A DNA stretch of 64,000 nucleotides from a virus. This document shows positions 50,444 to 60,232 of the stretch, in pieces. The stretch is taken from positions 9,231 through 73,230 of IMG/VR virus record IMGVR_UViG_3300042673_002211; one strand, written 5' to 3'. The notes beneath the pieces are model-generated. The model did no database searches. It worked only from the letters and a program-made list of their open reading frames with translations, and was not told the DNA's origin. How positions within the stretch are numbered: the stretch's first letter is position 1; the number at the start of each line of letters is the position of its first letter. The translations under genes were made by a program, and so were the position numbers.

Positions 50444-51596
50444 TTGGCCTCTTATTAATGATAATATCACTCAAGGTGATAGAAAAGTATTAGCAGATTT
50501 TTGTTTACATGGTGAACGTTTTACAAACGGAGCTAAAGTAAAAGAATTTGAAAAGATTTGGTCTGAATGGTTAGGTGTTAAGCATTCAGTAATGGTTAAC
50601 TCAGGAGCATCTGCAAACTATATTTCAATTGCGATGGTTAAAGAGTTAAAAGGTTTAGGTGAAGTAATTGTTCCTCCTATTGGTTGGGTTTCTGATTTGG
50701 CTTCAGTAGCTCAACTTGGAATGACTCCTGTAATTGTAGATGTTAGTTTAAATGATTTTAACATTACAGCTGAAAATATTAAAAACGCTATTACTCCAAA
50801 AACAAAAGCAATTGTATTAGTTCATACTTTAGGATTTCCAGCTATTAATGATGAAATTATTAAGTTAGCTAAAGAACATGATTTAATTTTAATTGAAGAT
50901 TGTTGTGAAGCACATGGTGCTACTTATAAAGATAAAAAAGTAGGTTCATTCGGAGATATTTCACTATTCTCGTTTTATTTCGGTCACCATATCACTACTA
51001 TTGAAGGTGGTACTGTTTGTGTAAACGATGATAAATTATATGATTTAGCTAAATTGTTCCGTTCACACGGAATGACTCGTGAAGCTTCCCAAGAACTACA
51101 ACGTGACTACCAGTTAATGTACCCCAACCTAAACCCATTGTTTACTTTCGCTGTAGCCGGGTTTAATATGCGCTCAACCGAATTGAATGCTGTATTGGGT
51201 ATAGAGCAAATGAAGCGCTTAGACAGCAATATAGAAATAAGAACTCGTAATCTCCATTCTTGGTTAGATAATCTTGATAATTCTAAGTTTATGACTTCAT
51301 TTCCAACTCAGGGCAGTAGTAATTTTGCTTTACCCTTAATGATGCAAAGCATTATTCGTGATAAACTTAAAGATGTTTGTCACATCTTAGAAGAAGAAGG
51401 AGTTGAATATCGTTTAGGTACTGCTGGTGGTGGTAACCAAGCACTTCAACCTTACCTTAAAAAGTTTCCTCATCGTATAAGTGGAGCTTTAGCTCATGCC
51501 GACTATGTTCACTACAATGCTTTGTATGTAGGTAATCATCCAGAATTAACTGAGGAACAAATTATTAATCTTTGTAAAAAACTAAATAATGTTTAA
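50433..51596 (+). CDS. PLP/PMP-dependent sugar 3-dehydratase (ColD/RfbH-type DegT family)
   Basis: VNSGASAN, EDCCEA.G, SFYFGHHITTIEGG with His at the position of the catalytic Lys of DegT aminotransferases. Confidence 0.85.
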   Translation: MEYSWPLINDNITQGDRKVLADFCLHGERFTNGAKVKEFEKIWSEWLGVKHSVMVNSGASANYISIAMVKELKGLGEVIVPPIGWVSDLASVAQLGMTPVIVDVSLNDFNITAENIKNAITPKTKAIVLVHTLGFPAINDEIIKLAKEHDLILIEDCCEAHGATYKDKKVGSFGDISLFSFYFGHHITTIEGGTVCVNDDKLYDLAKLFRSHGMTREASQELQRDYQLMYPNLNPLFTFAVAGFNMRSTELNAVLGIEQMKRLDSNIEIRTRNLHSWLDNLDNSKFMTSFPTQGSSNFALPLMMQSIIRDKLKDVCHILEEEGVEYRLGTAGGGNQALQPYLKKFPHRISGALAHADYVHYNALYVGNHPELTEEQIINLCKKLNNV

Positions 51597-52551
51597 AAAT
51601 CAAAAAGTTTTAGTAACAGGAGGGGCGGGGATGATTGGTCGTCAACTAGTAGATTTATTACTAGAAAAAGGAGCTAATGTAACCATAGCCGATTTAAATA
51701 AACCAAATGATCTTCCTGAAAATGTAAATTTTGTTCAAGCAAATTTATTGTATTTTGATCAATGCCAAAACATCTGCCAGGGTCAAGATTATATTTTTAA
51801 TTTAGTAGGTATTAAATGTTCACCCAAAGTAACAATGGAACAACCCGCTGATATTATGGGACCAATGATGCAATTTAATACTAATATGTTAGAGGCAGCT
51901 ATGAAAGCTAATGTTAAATGGTATTTGTATACAAGTACTGTTGGTGTTTATACTCCTGCTGAAGTATTTTATGAAGATGATGTTTGGGAAGGTTCTCCAT
52001 CACCAAATGATTGGTATGGTGGTTGGGCTAAGCGAATGGGGGAATTACAATGTGAAGCTTATGAAAAACAAAGTGGTGAAGGTAAATGTTCAATCGTAAG
52101 ACCAGCTAATGTTTATGGTCCTTATGATAATTTTGATTTAAAAAATGCTATGGTTGTTCCTTCACTTATTAGAAAAGCAAACGAAAATAATATAATTGAT
52201 GTTTGGGGAGATGGTTCACCAATTAGAGATTTCATTCATGCTAAAGATGTTGCTCGTGGAATGATGTTTGTAGTTGAAAACAAAATTACTAAACCTGTTA
52301 ATTTAGGTTCAGGTACAGGAGTAACAATTAAAGAACTATCAGAAATTGTAGCTAATTATTTTAGTAAACCTATTCAATATTCACCTGAAAAACCATCTGG
52401 GGATGCTAAACGTATTTTTAGTATGGAAAGAGCTAATTCGTATGGTTTTTATCCTGAAGTTTCTATTAAAGAAGGTATAGAAAGTACAATTGAATGGTTC
52501 CTATCCAACCCCGATAAAATAGATAAGAAATTTAATGCCCTTAACAAATAA
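51589..52551 (+). CDS. NAD(P)-dependent epimerase/reductase (Fcl/ColC-like)
   Basis: GGAGMIG, YGGWAK, RPANVYGPYDNF, WGDGSP.RDFI. Confidence 0.88.
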   Translation: MFKNQKVLVTGGAGMIGRQLVDLLLEKGANVTIADLNKPNDLPENVNFVQANLLYFDQCQNICQGQDYIFNLVGIKCSPKVTMEQPADIMGPMMQFNTNMLEAAMKANVKWYLYTSTVGVYTPAEVFYEDDVWEGSPSPNDWYGGWAKRMGELQCEAYEKQSGEGKCSIVRPANVYGPYDNFDLKNAMVVPSLIRKANENNIIDVWGDGSPIRDFIHAKDVARGMMFVVENKITKPVNLGSGTGVTIKELSEIVANYFSKPIQYSPEKPSGDAKRIFSMERANSYGFYPEVSIKEGIESTIEWFLSNPDKIDKKFNALNK

Positions 52552-53126
52552 TGGATAAAATTCTAATCACAGGAGCAAATTCAGGTCTAGGTAAACATTT
52601 AGTATCTAAGTTTAAAAATAGTGGATATGAAGTATTTGAACATAAAGGTAGTAAACATTATGATTTATCCAAACCAGATGAAGTAAAAAAATTAGCAGAT
52701 GATGCTAAAGATTTTGGAGTAAATATTTTGGTAAATAATGCTGCTATAGTTTGCCCAAGTAAAGAATTATTATTATATTCCGACAACGAAATTAAAAATA
52801 TGATAGAAGTAAATTTAACTTCTCCTATATTATTAACATTTTATCTATTAGATCAATTAACAGATATAATTAATATTAATTCAATGGTTGGACTCGAAAC
52901 TAAATCCCTACGAACATTATACTCAGCAACAAAATGGGGATTAAGAGGATTTGCTCAAAGTTTAAAGGAAGAAAATAAAAATATAAATGTTTTAGATGTT
53001 TACCCTACTAATATTAAAACAACTCCTGATAGGCAGAATGCTATGGATGTTGGTTTTGTAGTAGATAGTATATATAATTCATTTTCAAATAAAGAACAAA
53101 CACTTATACTAGATGGAAGAAAATAA
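52551..53126 (+). CDS. Short-chain dehydrogenase/reductase
   Basis: TGANSGLG, NNAA, YSATK. Confidence 0.9.
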   Translation: MDKILITGANSGLGKHLVSKFKNSGYEVFEHKGSKHYDLSKPDEVKKLADDAKDFGVNILVNNAAIVCPSKELLLYSDNEIKNMIEVNLTSPILLTFYLLDQLTDIININSMVGLETKSLRTLYSATKWGLRGFAQSLKEENKNINVLDVYPTNIKTTPDRQNAMDVGFVVDSIYNSFSNKEQTLILDGRK

Positions 53127-54072
53127 AACAATATTAATTTGTGGAGCAACAGGTTTTATTGGTAGAAATTTATTAGATTTTTATTACAAACAAGGAAAAT
53201 ACAAAATTAAAGCTACTCATTTCAAACGTCCTCTAGTTGATGGGTATGATGGAGTAGAATGGGTTAATTGTGATTTGCGTGATCCAAACCAAGTTAAAAA
53301 AGTTATAGAAGGAGTAGACATTATATTACAATTTGCAGCTACTACTACAGGAGCTAAAGATATAGTTTCTAAACCTTACATTCATGTTACAGACAATGCT
53401 GTTATGAATTCTTTATTACTTAGAGAAGCATTTGAACAAGGGATAGAACATTTTATTTTCCCTAGTTGTACTATCATGTATCAAAAATCTGAAATAGCTA
53501 TTAAAGAATCCGATTTCAACCCTTCAGAAGAAATACAATCATTTTATTTTGGAGCAGGATATACTAAAATATATTTAGAAAGAATGTGTGAGTTTTATTC
53601 TCGCTTAGGTAAAACAAAACACACAGTTATTAGACATTCTAACATGTATGGCCCTTATGATAAATATGATTTAGAAAAATCCCATGTATTTGGAGCTACT
53701 ATTACTAAAGTAATGACATCACAAGATGGAAAAATAAATGTGTGGGGTACAGGAGAAGAAAAACGTGATTTGTTATATGTTGAAGATTTAGTAGATTTTA
53801 TAGATATTGCTATTAATAAACAAACTACTCCATATGAATTACTTAATATTGGTTTAGGTGAAGGAATTAAAATTAAAGATTTAGTCCAAAAAATCATTAC
53901 TCACTCAGAACGTGATTTAGAAATAGTTCACGATTTGTCAAAACCAACAGTTCCAACTTCTTTATTTTTAGATTGTTCTTTAGTAAAAGAAAAATTAGAT
54001 TGGGAACCAAAACACACCTTGGATGAAGGTATTATTAAAACTTTAAATTGGTATAAAAATAATATTAAATGA
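53113..54072 (+). CDS. NAD(P)-dependent epimerase/reductase (second Fcl-like)
   Basis: GATGFIG, SNMYGPYD, SHV, WGTG...RD.LYV.D. Confidence 0.88.
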   Translation: MEENKTILICGATGFIGRNLLDFYYKQGKYKIKATHFKRPLVDGYDGVEWVNCDLRDPNQVKKVIEGVDIILQFAATTTGAKDIVSKPYIHVTDNAVMNSLLLREAFEQGIEHFIFPSCTIMYQKSEIAIKESDFNPSEEIQSFYFGAGYTKIYLERMCEFYSRLGKTKHTVIRHSNMYGPYDKYDLEKSHVFGATITKVMTSQDGKINVWGTGEEKRDLLYVEDLVDFIDIAINKQTTPYELLNIGLGEGIKIKDLVQKIITHSERDLEIVHDLSKPTVPTSLFLDCSLVKEKLDWEPKHTLDEGIIKTLNWYKNNIK

Positions 54073-54854
54073 AAGATATAGCTGTTATAATTCAATCAAG
54101 AGATAGAGTTGAGGAATTTATTAATACTATTAATATGTTATATACTACTTGTTATGATCAAAAAAATTTTGACATAATAGGAGTTATTGATGATGATCAA
54201 ATACAATTATATTCACAAGTTAAAAATATTTACCCTGATATTATTTGGTTACATCCTAAACATACTCCTGGTAGTTGGGTTAATTTAGTAAAAATTCAAC
54301 ATAATTTTATAAAAAATAATGATTATTACTTTATATGGGCGGTATGTGATGATTTTTTTGATGTAAGTAAGAATTGGGATTTTTCTATAATAACTCAAAA
54401 GAATAAATATCCTGATGATTTATTTACTATTCATTCTTCTAATAAAAAAGATTTATTAGCTGAAGAAGTTAGAAAAAATGCGTATATTTGTAATGACAAT
54501 AATCTTGATAATATAGGGTTCGGAATCTACCATAACTACTGTGAACGATTACCGGTAAGTACTAAAAAATGGATTGAGTTCATGTCACCAATTGTATCAA
54601 ATCCTAAATTTTGCACACAGCATGAATTAATCACAGCTAGTTTAATAATGTTATTAAAATACCACTATGGTATAAATAGATTAGTAACAGTTAATGAATT
54701 TTATTGGGGGGGTTTAATAGATCAAGGAGGAAGTAATATTTGTGATAGAAAAAAAAATTATCTTGATTTAGTAAAAAATAAATATGAAGAATTAATACCG
54801 ATTATAGAAAAAATGTATAATGAAATAAATAAAATAAGTAAAATAAATATATGA
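54069..54854 (+). CDS. Putative GT-A glycosyltransferase
   Basis: I.SR.R, IDDD, CDD in a sugar-cluster context. Confidence 0.55.
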   Translation: MKDIAVIIQSRDRVEEFINTINMLYTTCYDQKNFDIIGVIDDDQIQLYSQVKNIYPDIIWLHPKHTPGSWVNLVKIQHNFIKNNDYYFIWAVCDDFFDVSKNWDFSIITQKNKYPDDLFTIHSSNKKDLLAEEVRKNAYICNDNNLDNIGFGIYHNYCERLPVSTKKWIEFMSPIVSNPKFCTQHELITASLIMLLKYHYGINRLVTVNEFYWGGLIDQGGSNICDRKKNYLDLVKNKYEELIPIIEKMYNEINKISKINI

Positions 54855-55600
54855 TTAAACAACAAAAGGGGTATATTTTAACCCAAGACCAAATTAATTT
54901 TTATCATGAAAATGGATATTTGCATTTAAAAAAAGTATTTTCTGAAGAACAATGTCAATTACTTATAGAAGAAGCAGATAAACATGCTAAAGACCATTAT
55001 ACAAATTATTTAAACCTACACCTCCAACCTGAATTTCGTAGTGTACATACTGGAAAAACTATGTGTGATATTGGTGATGCTTTGCTCCCTGATAGAGCTG
55101 TTCCTATTGGAAGTATTTTTTTCTTTTGTAAACCAAACAACCCATTAGAATTAGGATCAACATGGCATCAAGATAATTATGCTGGTAAATCTACAGATGG
55201 TGGTCATTATTTAAATTTAGCTTTATCTTTAGACGATGCTGAACCTGAGAATGGTTCATTAATGGTTGTTCCTAAAAGTCATAAATATGGTACTCTTCCT
55301 TGCAATCCAAAACCTAACTTCTCATACGATAAAAATGGCAAAATGTACCAATCATCCCCTATTGGGAACGACTGCGAAATCCCAGAAGGATTAGAAATTA
55401 TTCATTTATCTTATGAACGAGGTGATGTATTAGCAGTCCATGGAGATTTAGTACATAAAGCAGATAAAAATAACCATCCTACAAAATGGAGAAGAACAAT
55501 GTATTATGTTTATATAAATGATGGGTCTCCTTTTTGGCCGGGTTGGACAGCAAAAAGACAATTATTAGAAAGATATGATTCTCCTTCCTCCAAAGCATAA
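54851..55600 (+). CDS. PhyH-family 2-oxoglutarate/Fe(II) dioxygenase
   Basis: FYHENGY, WHQD, LDDA..ENG.L..VPKSH, GD....H..LVH...N...RR. Confidence 0.92.
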   Translation: MIKQQKGYILTQDQINFYHENGYLHLKKVFSEEQCQLLIEEADKHAKDHYTNYLNLHLQPEFRSVHTGKTMCDIGDALLPDRAVPIGSIFFFCKPNNPLELGSTWHQDNYAGKSTDGGHYLNLALSLDDAEPENGSLMVVPKSHKYGTLPCNPKPNFSYDKNGKMYQSSPIGNDCEIPEGLEIIHLSYERGDVLAVHGDLVHKADKNNHPTKWRRTMYYVYINDGSPFWPGWTAKRQLLERYDSPSSKA

Positions 55601-55611
55601 TAAAATAAATA

Positions 55612-56622
55612 ATGAACAACGTATTAATTACAGGAATTACAGGAATGGTGGGTTCACACCTAACCGATTATTTATTAGCTAATACAGACTGGAAAATTTA
55701 TGGTTTAGCTCGTTGGAATGATTCTTTAGATAATATTGAACATTTAGCTGAAGAGATTAATAAAAAAGAACGTATTGAACTTATTTATGGTGATTTAAAT
55801 GATTTAGCTTCACTTATTACAGCTGTAGATAAAGCAAAACCAGACTATGTATTTCATTTAGCTGCTCAATCTTACCCACAAACAAGTTTTGATGCACCAA
55901 TTGAAACACTTCAAACTAATATTTTAGGTACAGCTAATTTACTTGAGGCACTTCGTAAATCACCTTATAAAGATGCTATTATTCATGTTTGTGCTTCAAG
56001 TGAGGTATTTGGTAGAGTATCTAAAGAAAAACTCCCAATTAATGAAGAATGTTCATTCCACCCGGCTTCACCTTATGCTATTTCAAAGGTTGGGACTGAT
56101 TTAGTAGGTCGTTACTATGCGGAAGCATATAATATGACTATTATGACTACTCGTATGTTTACCCATACAGGCCCAAGACGAGGTGATGTATTCTCGGAGT
56201 CAACATTTGCTAAACAAATCGCAATGATTGAAGCTGGTCTTCAAGAACCTAAAATTTACGTAGGTAATTTAGATTCACTTAGAACTTATGCTGATGTAAG
56301 AGATGCAGCTAGAGCATACCATATGTTAGTTACAATTAACCCTACAGCAGGTGAATACTATAATATTGGAGGTAATTATACTTGTAAAATTGCAGATATG
56401 CTTAATTATTTAATTAATCAATCTACAATTAAAAACATTGAAATTGTAACAGACCCCGAACGTCTAAGACCAATTGATGCTGATTTACAAGTACCTGATA
56501 TTACTAAGTTTCAAAATCATACAGGTTGGAAACCAGAGTATACTTTTGAACAAACTATGAATGACCTTTTGCAATATTGGAGAGATAGAGTAAATTCAGG
56601 ACGTAAGTTTTTAAGACGATGA
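55612..56622 (+). CDS. gmd: GDP-mannose 4,6-dehydratase
   Basis: ITGITG..GS.L, LAAQS, SSEVFG, P.SPYAISK, H.GPRRG..F, GNLDS.R, RP.D. Confidence 0.85.
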   Translation: MNNVLITGITGMVGSHLTDYLLANTDWKIYGLARWNDSLDNIEHLAEEINKKERIELIYGDLNDLASLITAVDKAKPDYVFHLAAQSYPQTSFDAPIETLQTNILGTANLLEALRKSPYKDAIIHVCASSEVFGRVSKEKLPINEECSFHPASPYAISKVGTDLVGRYYAEAYNMTIMTTRMFTHTGPRRGDVFSESTFAKQIAMIEAGLQEPKIYVGNLDSLRTYADVRDAARAYHMLVTINPTAGEYYNIGGNYTCKIADMLNYLINQSTIKNIEIVTDPERLRPIDADLQVPDITKFQNHTGWKPEYTFEQTMNDLLQYWRDRVNSGRKFLRR

Positions 56623-57350
56623 AAATATTAGTTATAGGAGATAGTTGTACAGACATTTTTAGGTACGGTAAAGTAGAAAGAATAGCTCCTGAAGCACCCA
56701 TCCCAATTATTTTACCAGAGCATGAAACCTCTAACCCAGGGATGGCTGGTAATGTAGTTGCTAATTTAAAAGCATTAGGTGCCGAAGTAGATTTTATTAC
56801 TAATAAAACAGAGATTCGTAAAATAAGATATGTTTGTTCAAAATACAATTATTTACTTTTAAGAGTAGATGAAAACGATAAATGTGAACCTATAGATGCT
56901 TCTTTCCTTCCTGAACAAGAATATGATGCCATTATAATTTCAGATTATTGTAAAGGATTTTTATTTGAAGAAGGTATTGAATTTATAGTTCAAAACGCTT
57001 CTAATCCTATATTTTTAGATACTAAAAAAATATTAGGGGATTGGGCTCATAATGTAGACTTTATTAAAATCAATTATCATGAATATGAACGTAATAAAGA
57101 AATATTAGAAAATGATCTTATTCTTAAAAATAAAACTATTGTAACCAGAGGTAAATACGGTTGTGATTATCAAGGGAAAAATTATCCCACTGTAGATGTT
57201 TCTGTAAAAGATGTTTCAGGAGCTGGAGATACATTTTTAGCTGGATTAGTATTTGAATATGTTCGTTCTCAAAATATAGAAAAAGCAATTCAATTCGCTC
57301 AAGATTGTACAACAGTAGTAGTTCAAAAATCAGGAGTATCAACTATATGA
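56619..57350 (+). CDS. HldE/RfaE kinase domain (PfkB family)
   Basis: IGD...D, R.APEAP.P, G.AGNV, SDY.KG, DVSGAGDTF. Confidence 0.9.
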   Translation: MKILVIGDSCTDIFRYGKVERIAPEAPIPIILPEHETSNPGMAGNVVANLKALGAEVDFITNKTEIRKIRYVCSKYNYLLLRVDENDKCEPIDASFLPEQEYDAIIISDYCKGFLFEEGIEFIVQNASNPIFLDTKKILGDWAHNVDFIKINYHEYERNKEILENDLILKNKTIVTRGKYGCDYQGKNYPTVDVSVKDVSGAGDTFLAGLVFEYVRSQNIEKAIQFAQDCTTVVVQKSGVSTI

Positions 57351-58195
57351 AAACTGCAGTTATATTATTCAGTCGAAACGACGGATATAAAGAAGATGAT
57401 AGAGTAGTTACTTGTATCAATTCAATGGTAGAAACCTTTGATGAAGTATGGTATATTGATTGGAACTCTCCTGAGGATAAAGGGTCTTTACTTTGGAAAC
57501 TTGAAGATAGAATTACCAAACAAGGTAAAATTAAACATATAGTTATTCCTCCTAATATAGCTTCCCAATTAACTCCAGCTGATGCTAGTGTAGTAAATGG
57601 GCAAATTCCACCCAATTTAGTCTTCAGAAGAACAGATGCAGATTGGATAGTTAATACTACAATTGATATTATTGCTCCTAAAAGAGAAATATTTGAAGCA
57701 TTTTTAGCTAAAGCTGATAAAAATACATTCTATACTTTATCTCGTAGAGATATAGAAATAGAAGACGTAGCTAAATTTGGATTTGATAAGTGGCAAGAAT
57801 ATAGAGATATTTTAGACCAAACTACTAAAGAAAGAAAACTTTATGCTCAAGTAACCCCCAATGACAGATATAGCATAATTAATTGCTGTGGAGATTTCCA
57901 ATTAGCATCTAAACATGTTTGGAACACTATTAAAGGATATGAAGAAAACATGTATTATGCTTGCTACCCAGATACAAATATTCAGAAAAAAGCTGTATTA
58001 AATGGGTTTAACTTAGAAGCAATATATGATGTCCCCTTATATCACATGTCTCATTTAGGTATGGGTAATGATGGTAGTTCTCCTTCAAAACAAAAATATA
58101 ACGATCCTTGGAAATGGGTAGAATATTTTACTAAATCCGAAAATACTGAAAATTGGGGATTAAACGGAGTAGAAATAGAATATGAAACCATTTAA
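57347..58195 (+). CDS. Putative glycosyltransferase-like protein
   Basis: SRND.Y, IDWNSP, T.IDI, GDFQL, GYEE...D. Confidence 0.55.
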   Translation: MKTAVILFSRNDGYKEDDRVVTCINSMVETFDEVWYIDWNSPEDKGSLLWKLEDRITKQGKIKHIVIPPNIASQLTPADASVVNGQIPPNLVFRRTDADWIVNTTIDIIAPKREIFEAFLAKADKNTFYTLSRRDIEIEDVAKFGFDKWQEYRDILDQTTKERKLYAQVTPNDRYSIINCCGDFQLASKHVWNTIKGYEENMYYACYPDTNIQKKAVLNGFNLEAIYDVPLYHMSHLGMGNDGSSPSKQKYNDPWKWVEYFTKSENTENWGLNGVEIEYETI

Positions 58196-58207
58196 ATATT
58201 TATTCAT

Positions 58208-58522
58208 ATGGAACAGAAATTTAAATTAGAGTTTCCACTTGATTTAGAGATCAAGTATGACCACCCCCAAGAGCTATTAGAGTTGGCTTCCAAACCAGAA
58301 TTCATTACATTTATGTTTGAAAATGCGATAGCGGCTGTAAAGCAATCTATTCGTAAAAATAAAAGTGAATGTGTAATGTTTAGTATAGAAAATTATAATG
58401 TAAAAGTAGCTATTAAAAAAGAGCACTATAAAACATTCTTAAATAAAGCTATCAAACATTACGAGGCATTAGAAGAATATGCTACCTGCAAAGAACTAGT
58501 AACCCTAAAATCAAGATTATGA
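58208..58522 (+). CDS. Hypothetical protein with UVR-like C-terminus
   Basis: A..HYE..EEY..C..L; late motif upstream. Confidence 0.55.
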   Translation: MEQKFKLEFPLDLEIKYDHPQELLELASKPEFITFMFENAIAAVKQSIRKNKSECVMFSIENYNVKVAIKKEHYKTFLNKAIKHYEALEEYATCKELVTLKSRL

Positions 58523-58689
58523 CCATATACTGCTATTACTATATTAAGGGTGACCCTAACCAAGAAAAATTGGGTAAATTATTAACTAGTTCTCGTTTAG
58601 AGGCTGCTAAGCATTTTGCTGATAAAAAGCAACTCCCACTTAAAACATTCCTTTCAATCTGGGCTATAAATAAGAAAAAGGTATTTTAA
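58519..58689 (+). CDS. Small hypothetical protein (56 aa, not in track)
   Basis: ATGA overlap at its start and TAATG overlap at its end. Confidence 0.55.
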   Translation: MTIYCYYYIKGDPNQEKLGKLLTSSRLEAAKHFADKKQLPLKTFLSIWAINKKKVF

Positions 58690-59081
58690 TGGATCCTAAA
58701 AAAGATTTTAAAAAATTCTTTCAAAAGGTGTTTGATACCCCAATTGATATACAGGGTGAAATTCTTACATCTGAGGAATTAACTAGGAAAAATTTTATTA
58801 TTTTTGTAGATAACTATAGAAAAGCAGTTATCCGCTCCCAGGAAATGCAAGAAAAATTTGGTTTAGATCTTTGGAGTTGGGAAGATTTATTTGCTAAATC
58901 GCTTGAGGGGATTATCTACTATACATTTGAAGAAGAAGTTGCTGATGTAATTTTATGGTATATCTACGAACACTACCTAGCTGAAGACCCAGAAGATAAA
59001 ATTATTAATTTTGGGGAAGAACAATTTATGATAGAAACTTCTGAAGATCTTTACGATTTAATTTGTCTGGTCGAAGAATAG
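58689..59081 (+). CDS. Acidic hypothetical protein
   Basis: Coupled ORF. Confidence 0.6.
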   Translation: MDPKKDFKKFFQKVFDTPIDIQGEILTSEELTRKNFIIFVDNYRKAVIRSQEMQEKFGLDLWSWEDLFAKSLEGIIYYTFEEEVADVILWYIYEHYLAEDPEDKIINFGEEQFMIETSEDLYDLICLVEE

Positions 59082-59093
59082 TTCGTACATTTA
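59062..59093 (+). promoter_or_regulatory. Bacteroidota-type promoter
   Basis: TTTG-N20-TACATTTA. Confidence 0.7.
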
Positions 59094-59112
59094 CCCCCTA
59101 AAGGTTATATGT

Positions 59113-59430
59113 ATGATACAAAATGAAATTATGGTAGTAGAATGTCTCTTGTGTGGTGAATCAATTCATCCCAAACGTCTTGAAATATTACCCAACACTA
59201 AACACTGTGTAAGCTGTTCAGATGTCGGTCGTAAACGCGGTGTTACCGTACAACGTGGGGAGGGTGACCACTCATATACTGATGTTGTAATCATGGAAGA
59301 GAAACAATTCATCCAATTTATTATTAAGGATAAATCCAAAAATGGTGCTAGTAAATCCGAATTCCAAAATTTTGATGAGGATGAAACCCCACCACATATT
59401 AGCAATTCGGGTAAGATAGATATAGGGTAA
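59113..59430 (+). CDS. DksA/TraR C4 zinc-finger protein
   Basis: CLLCGESIHPKRLEILPNTKHCVSCS. Confidence 0.85.
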   Translation: MIQNEIMVVECLLCGESIHPKRLEILPNTKHCVSCSDVGRKRGVTVQRGEGDHSYTDVVIMEEKQFIQFIIKDKSKNGASKSEFQNFDEDETPPHISNSGKIDIG

Positions 59431-60074
59431 TGCCAAAACCTAAGCCTATTACTAAGGAGCAAATTGTAGGTGCTATGGGGGTTACTAAAAGTAACCGTTC
59501 AGCAGCCCGCTATTTGAACTGTAGTTATATTCACTATAAAAAATGGGCTAAACTCTATGATGCCACTAAACCGGGCTACGATAATTTATTTGAACAGCAT
59601 TTAAACCAAGCAGGTAGAGGTATTAAAAAGTGGATTGGTAACCACGGTAAAACTCCCCCACTACAAGACCTAATTAATGGGTTAATCCCAGTAACTAGCT
59701 TTTCACCAACTAAGATTAAAAAACGTCTATTTGAAGAAGGTTATTTAAAAGAAGAATGTGGTTTATGTGGATTCAATGAACGAAGAGTATCAGATTATAA
59801 AATACCCTTATTGCTCCATTTTAAAGATAAAGACCCAAAAAATTATAGATTAAATAATTTAGAGGTACTTTGTTACAATCACTATTTTCTTATGGTTAGT
59901 AATGTATTTAATGCTGCGGATGTTGCTCAAATTGAGGACTCAGTACCTAAGTTTAATACATCAGAGGCTCTTGAATGGGAATTAGACGATTATCAACTTG
60001 AACGATTAAAAGCATTGGGTTTACACAATACACCTGAAGTAGATGATGGTTCAGAATTTGTTTCTAGATTATGA
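59430..60074 (+). CDS. HNH-like endonuclease with N-terminal HTH
   Basis: SNRSAARYL, C..CG, LH..D.D..N..L.NL..LC.NH. Confidence 0.75.
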   Translation: MPKPKPITKEQIVGAMGVTKSNRSAARYLNCSYIHYKKWAKLYDATKPGYDNLFEQHLNQAGRGIKKWIGNHGKTPPLQDLINGLIPVTSFSPTKIKKRLFEEGYLKEECGLCGFNERRVSDYKIPLLLHFKDKDPKNYRLNNLEVLCYNHYFLMVSNVFNAADVAQIEDSVPKFNTSEALEWELDDYQLERLKALGLHNTPEVDDGSEFVSRL

Positions 60075-60226
60075 AATCTAAAAAACACGAAAAAATAGTC
60101 AAAGACTATAAAAATGTCAAAGCAAAACATCTTGAAAAACTAGCTGACAAGATGTTAGAGAATGACGAAAAATTCAATAAACTTAAAGAGAAGAAAAGCA
60201 CAGGAAAATTTCTTGACTTATTTTAA
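60071..60226 (+). CDS. Small basic protein (51 aa, not in track)
   Basis: ATGA overlap; MKSKKHEKIV...FLDLF. Confidence 0.55.
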   Translation: MKSKKHEKIVKDYKNVKAKHLEKLADKMLENDEKFNKLKEKKSTGKFLDLF

Positions 60227-60232
60227 TTAGTT

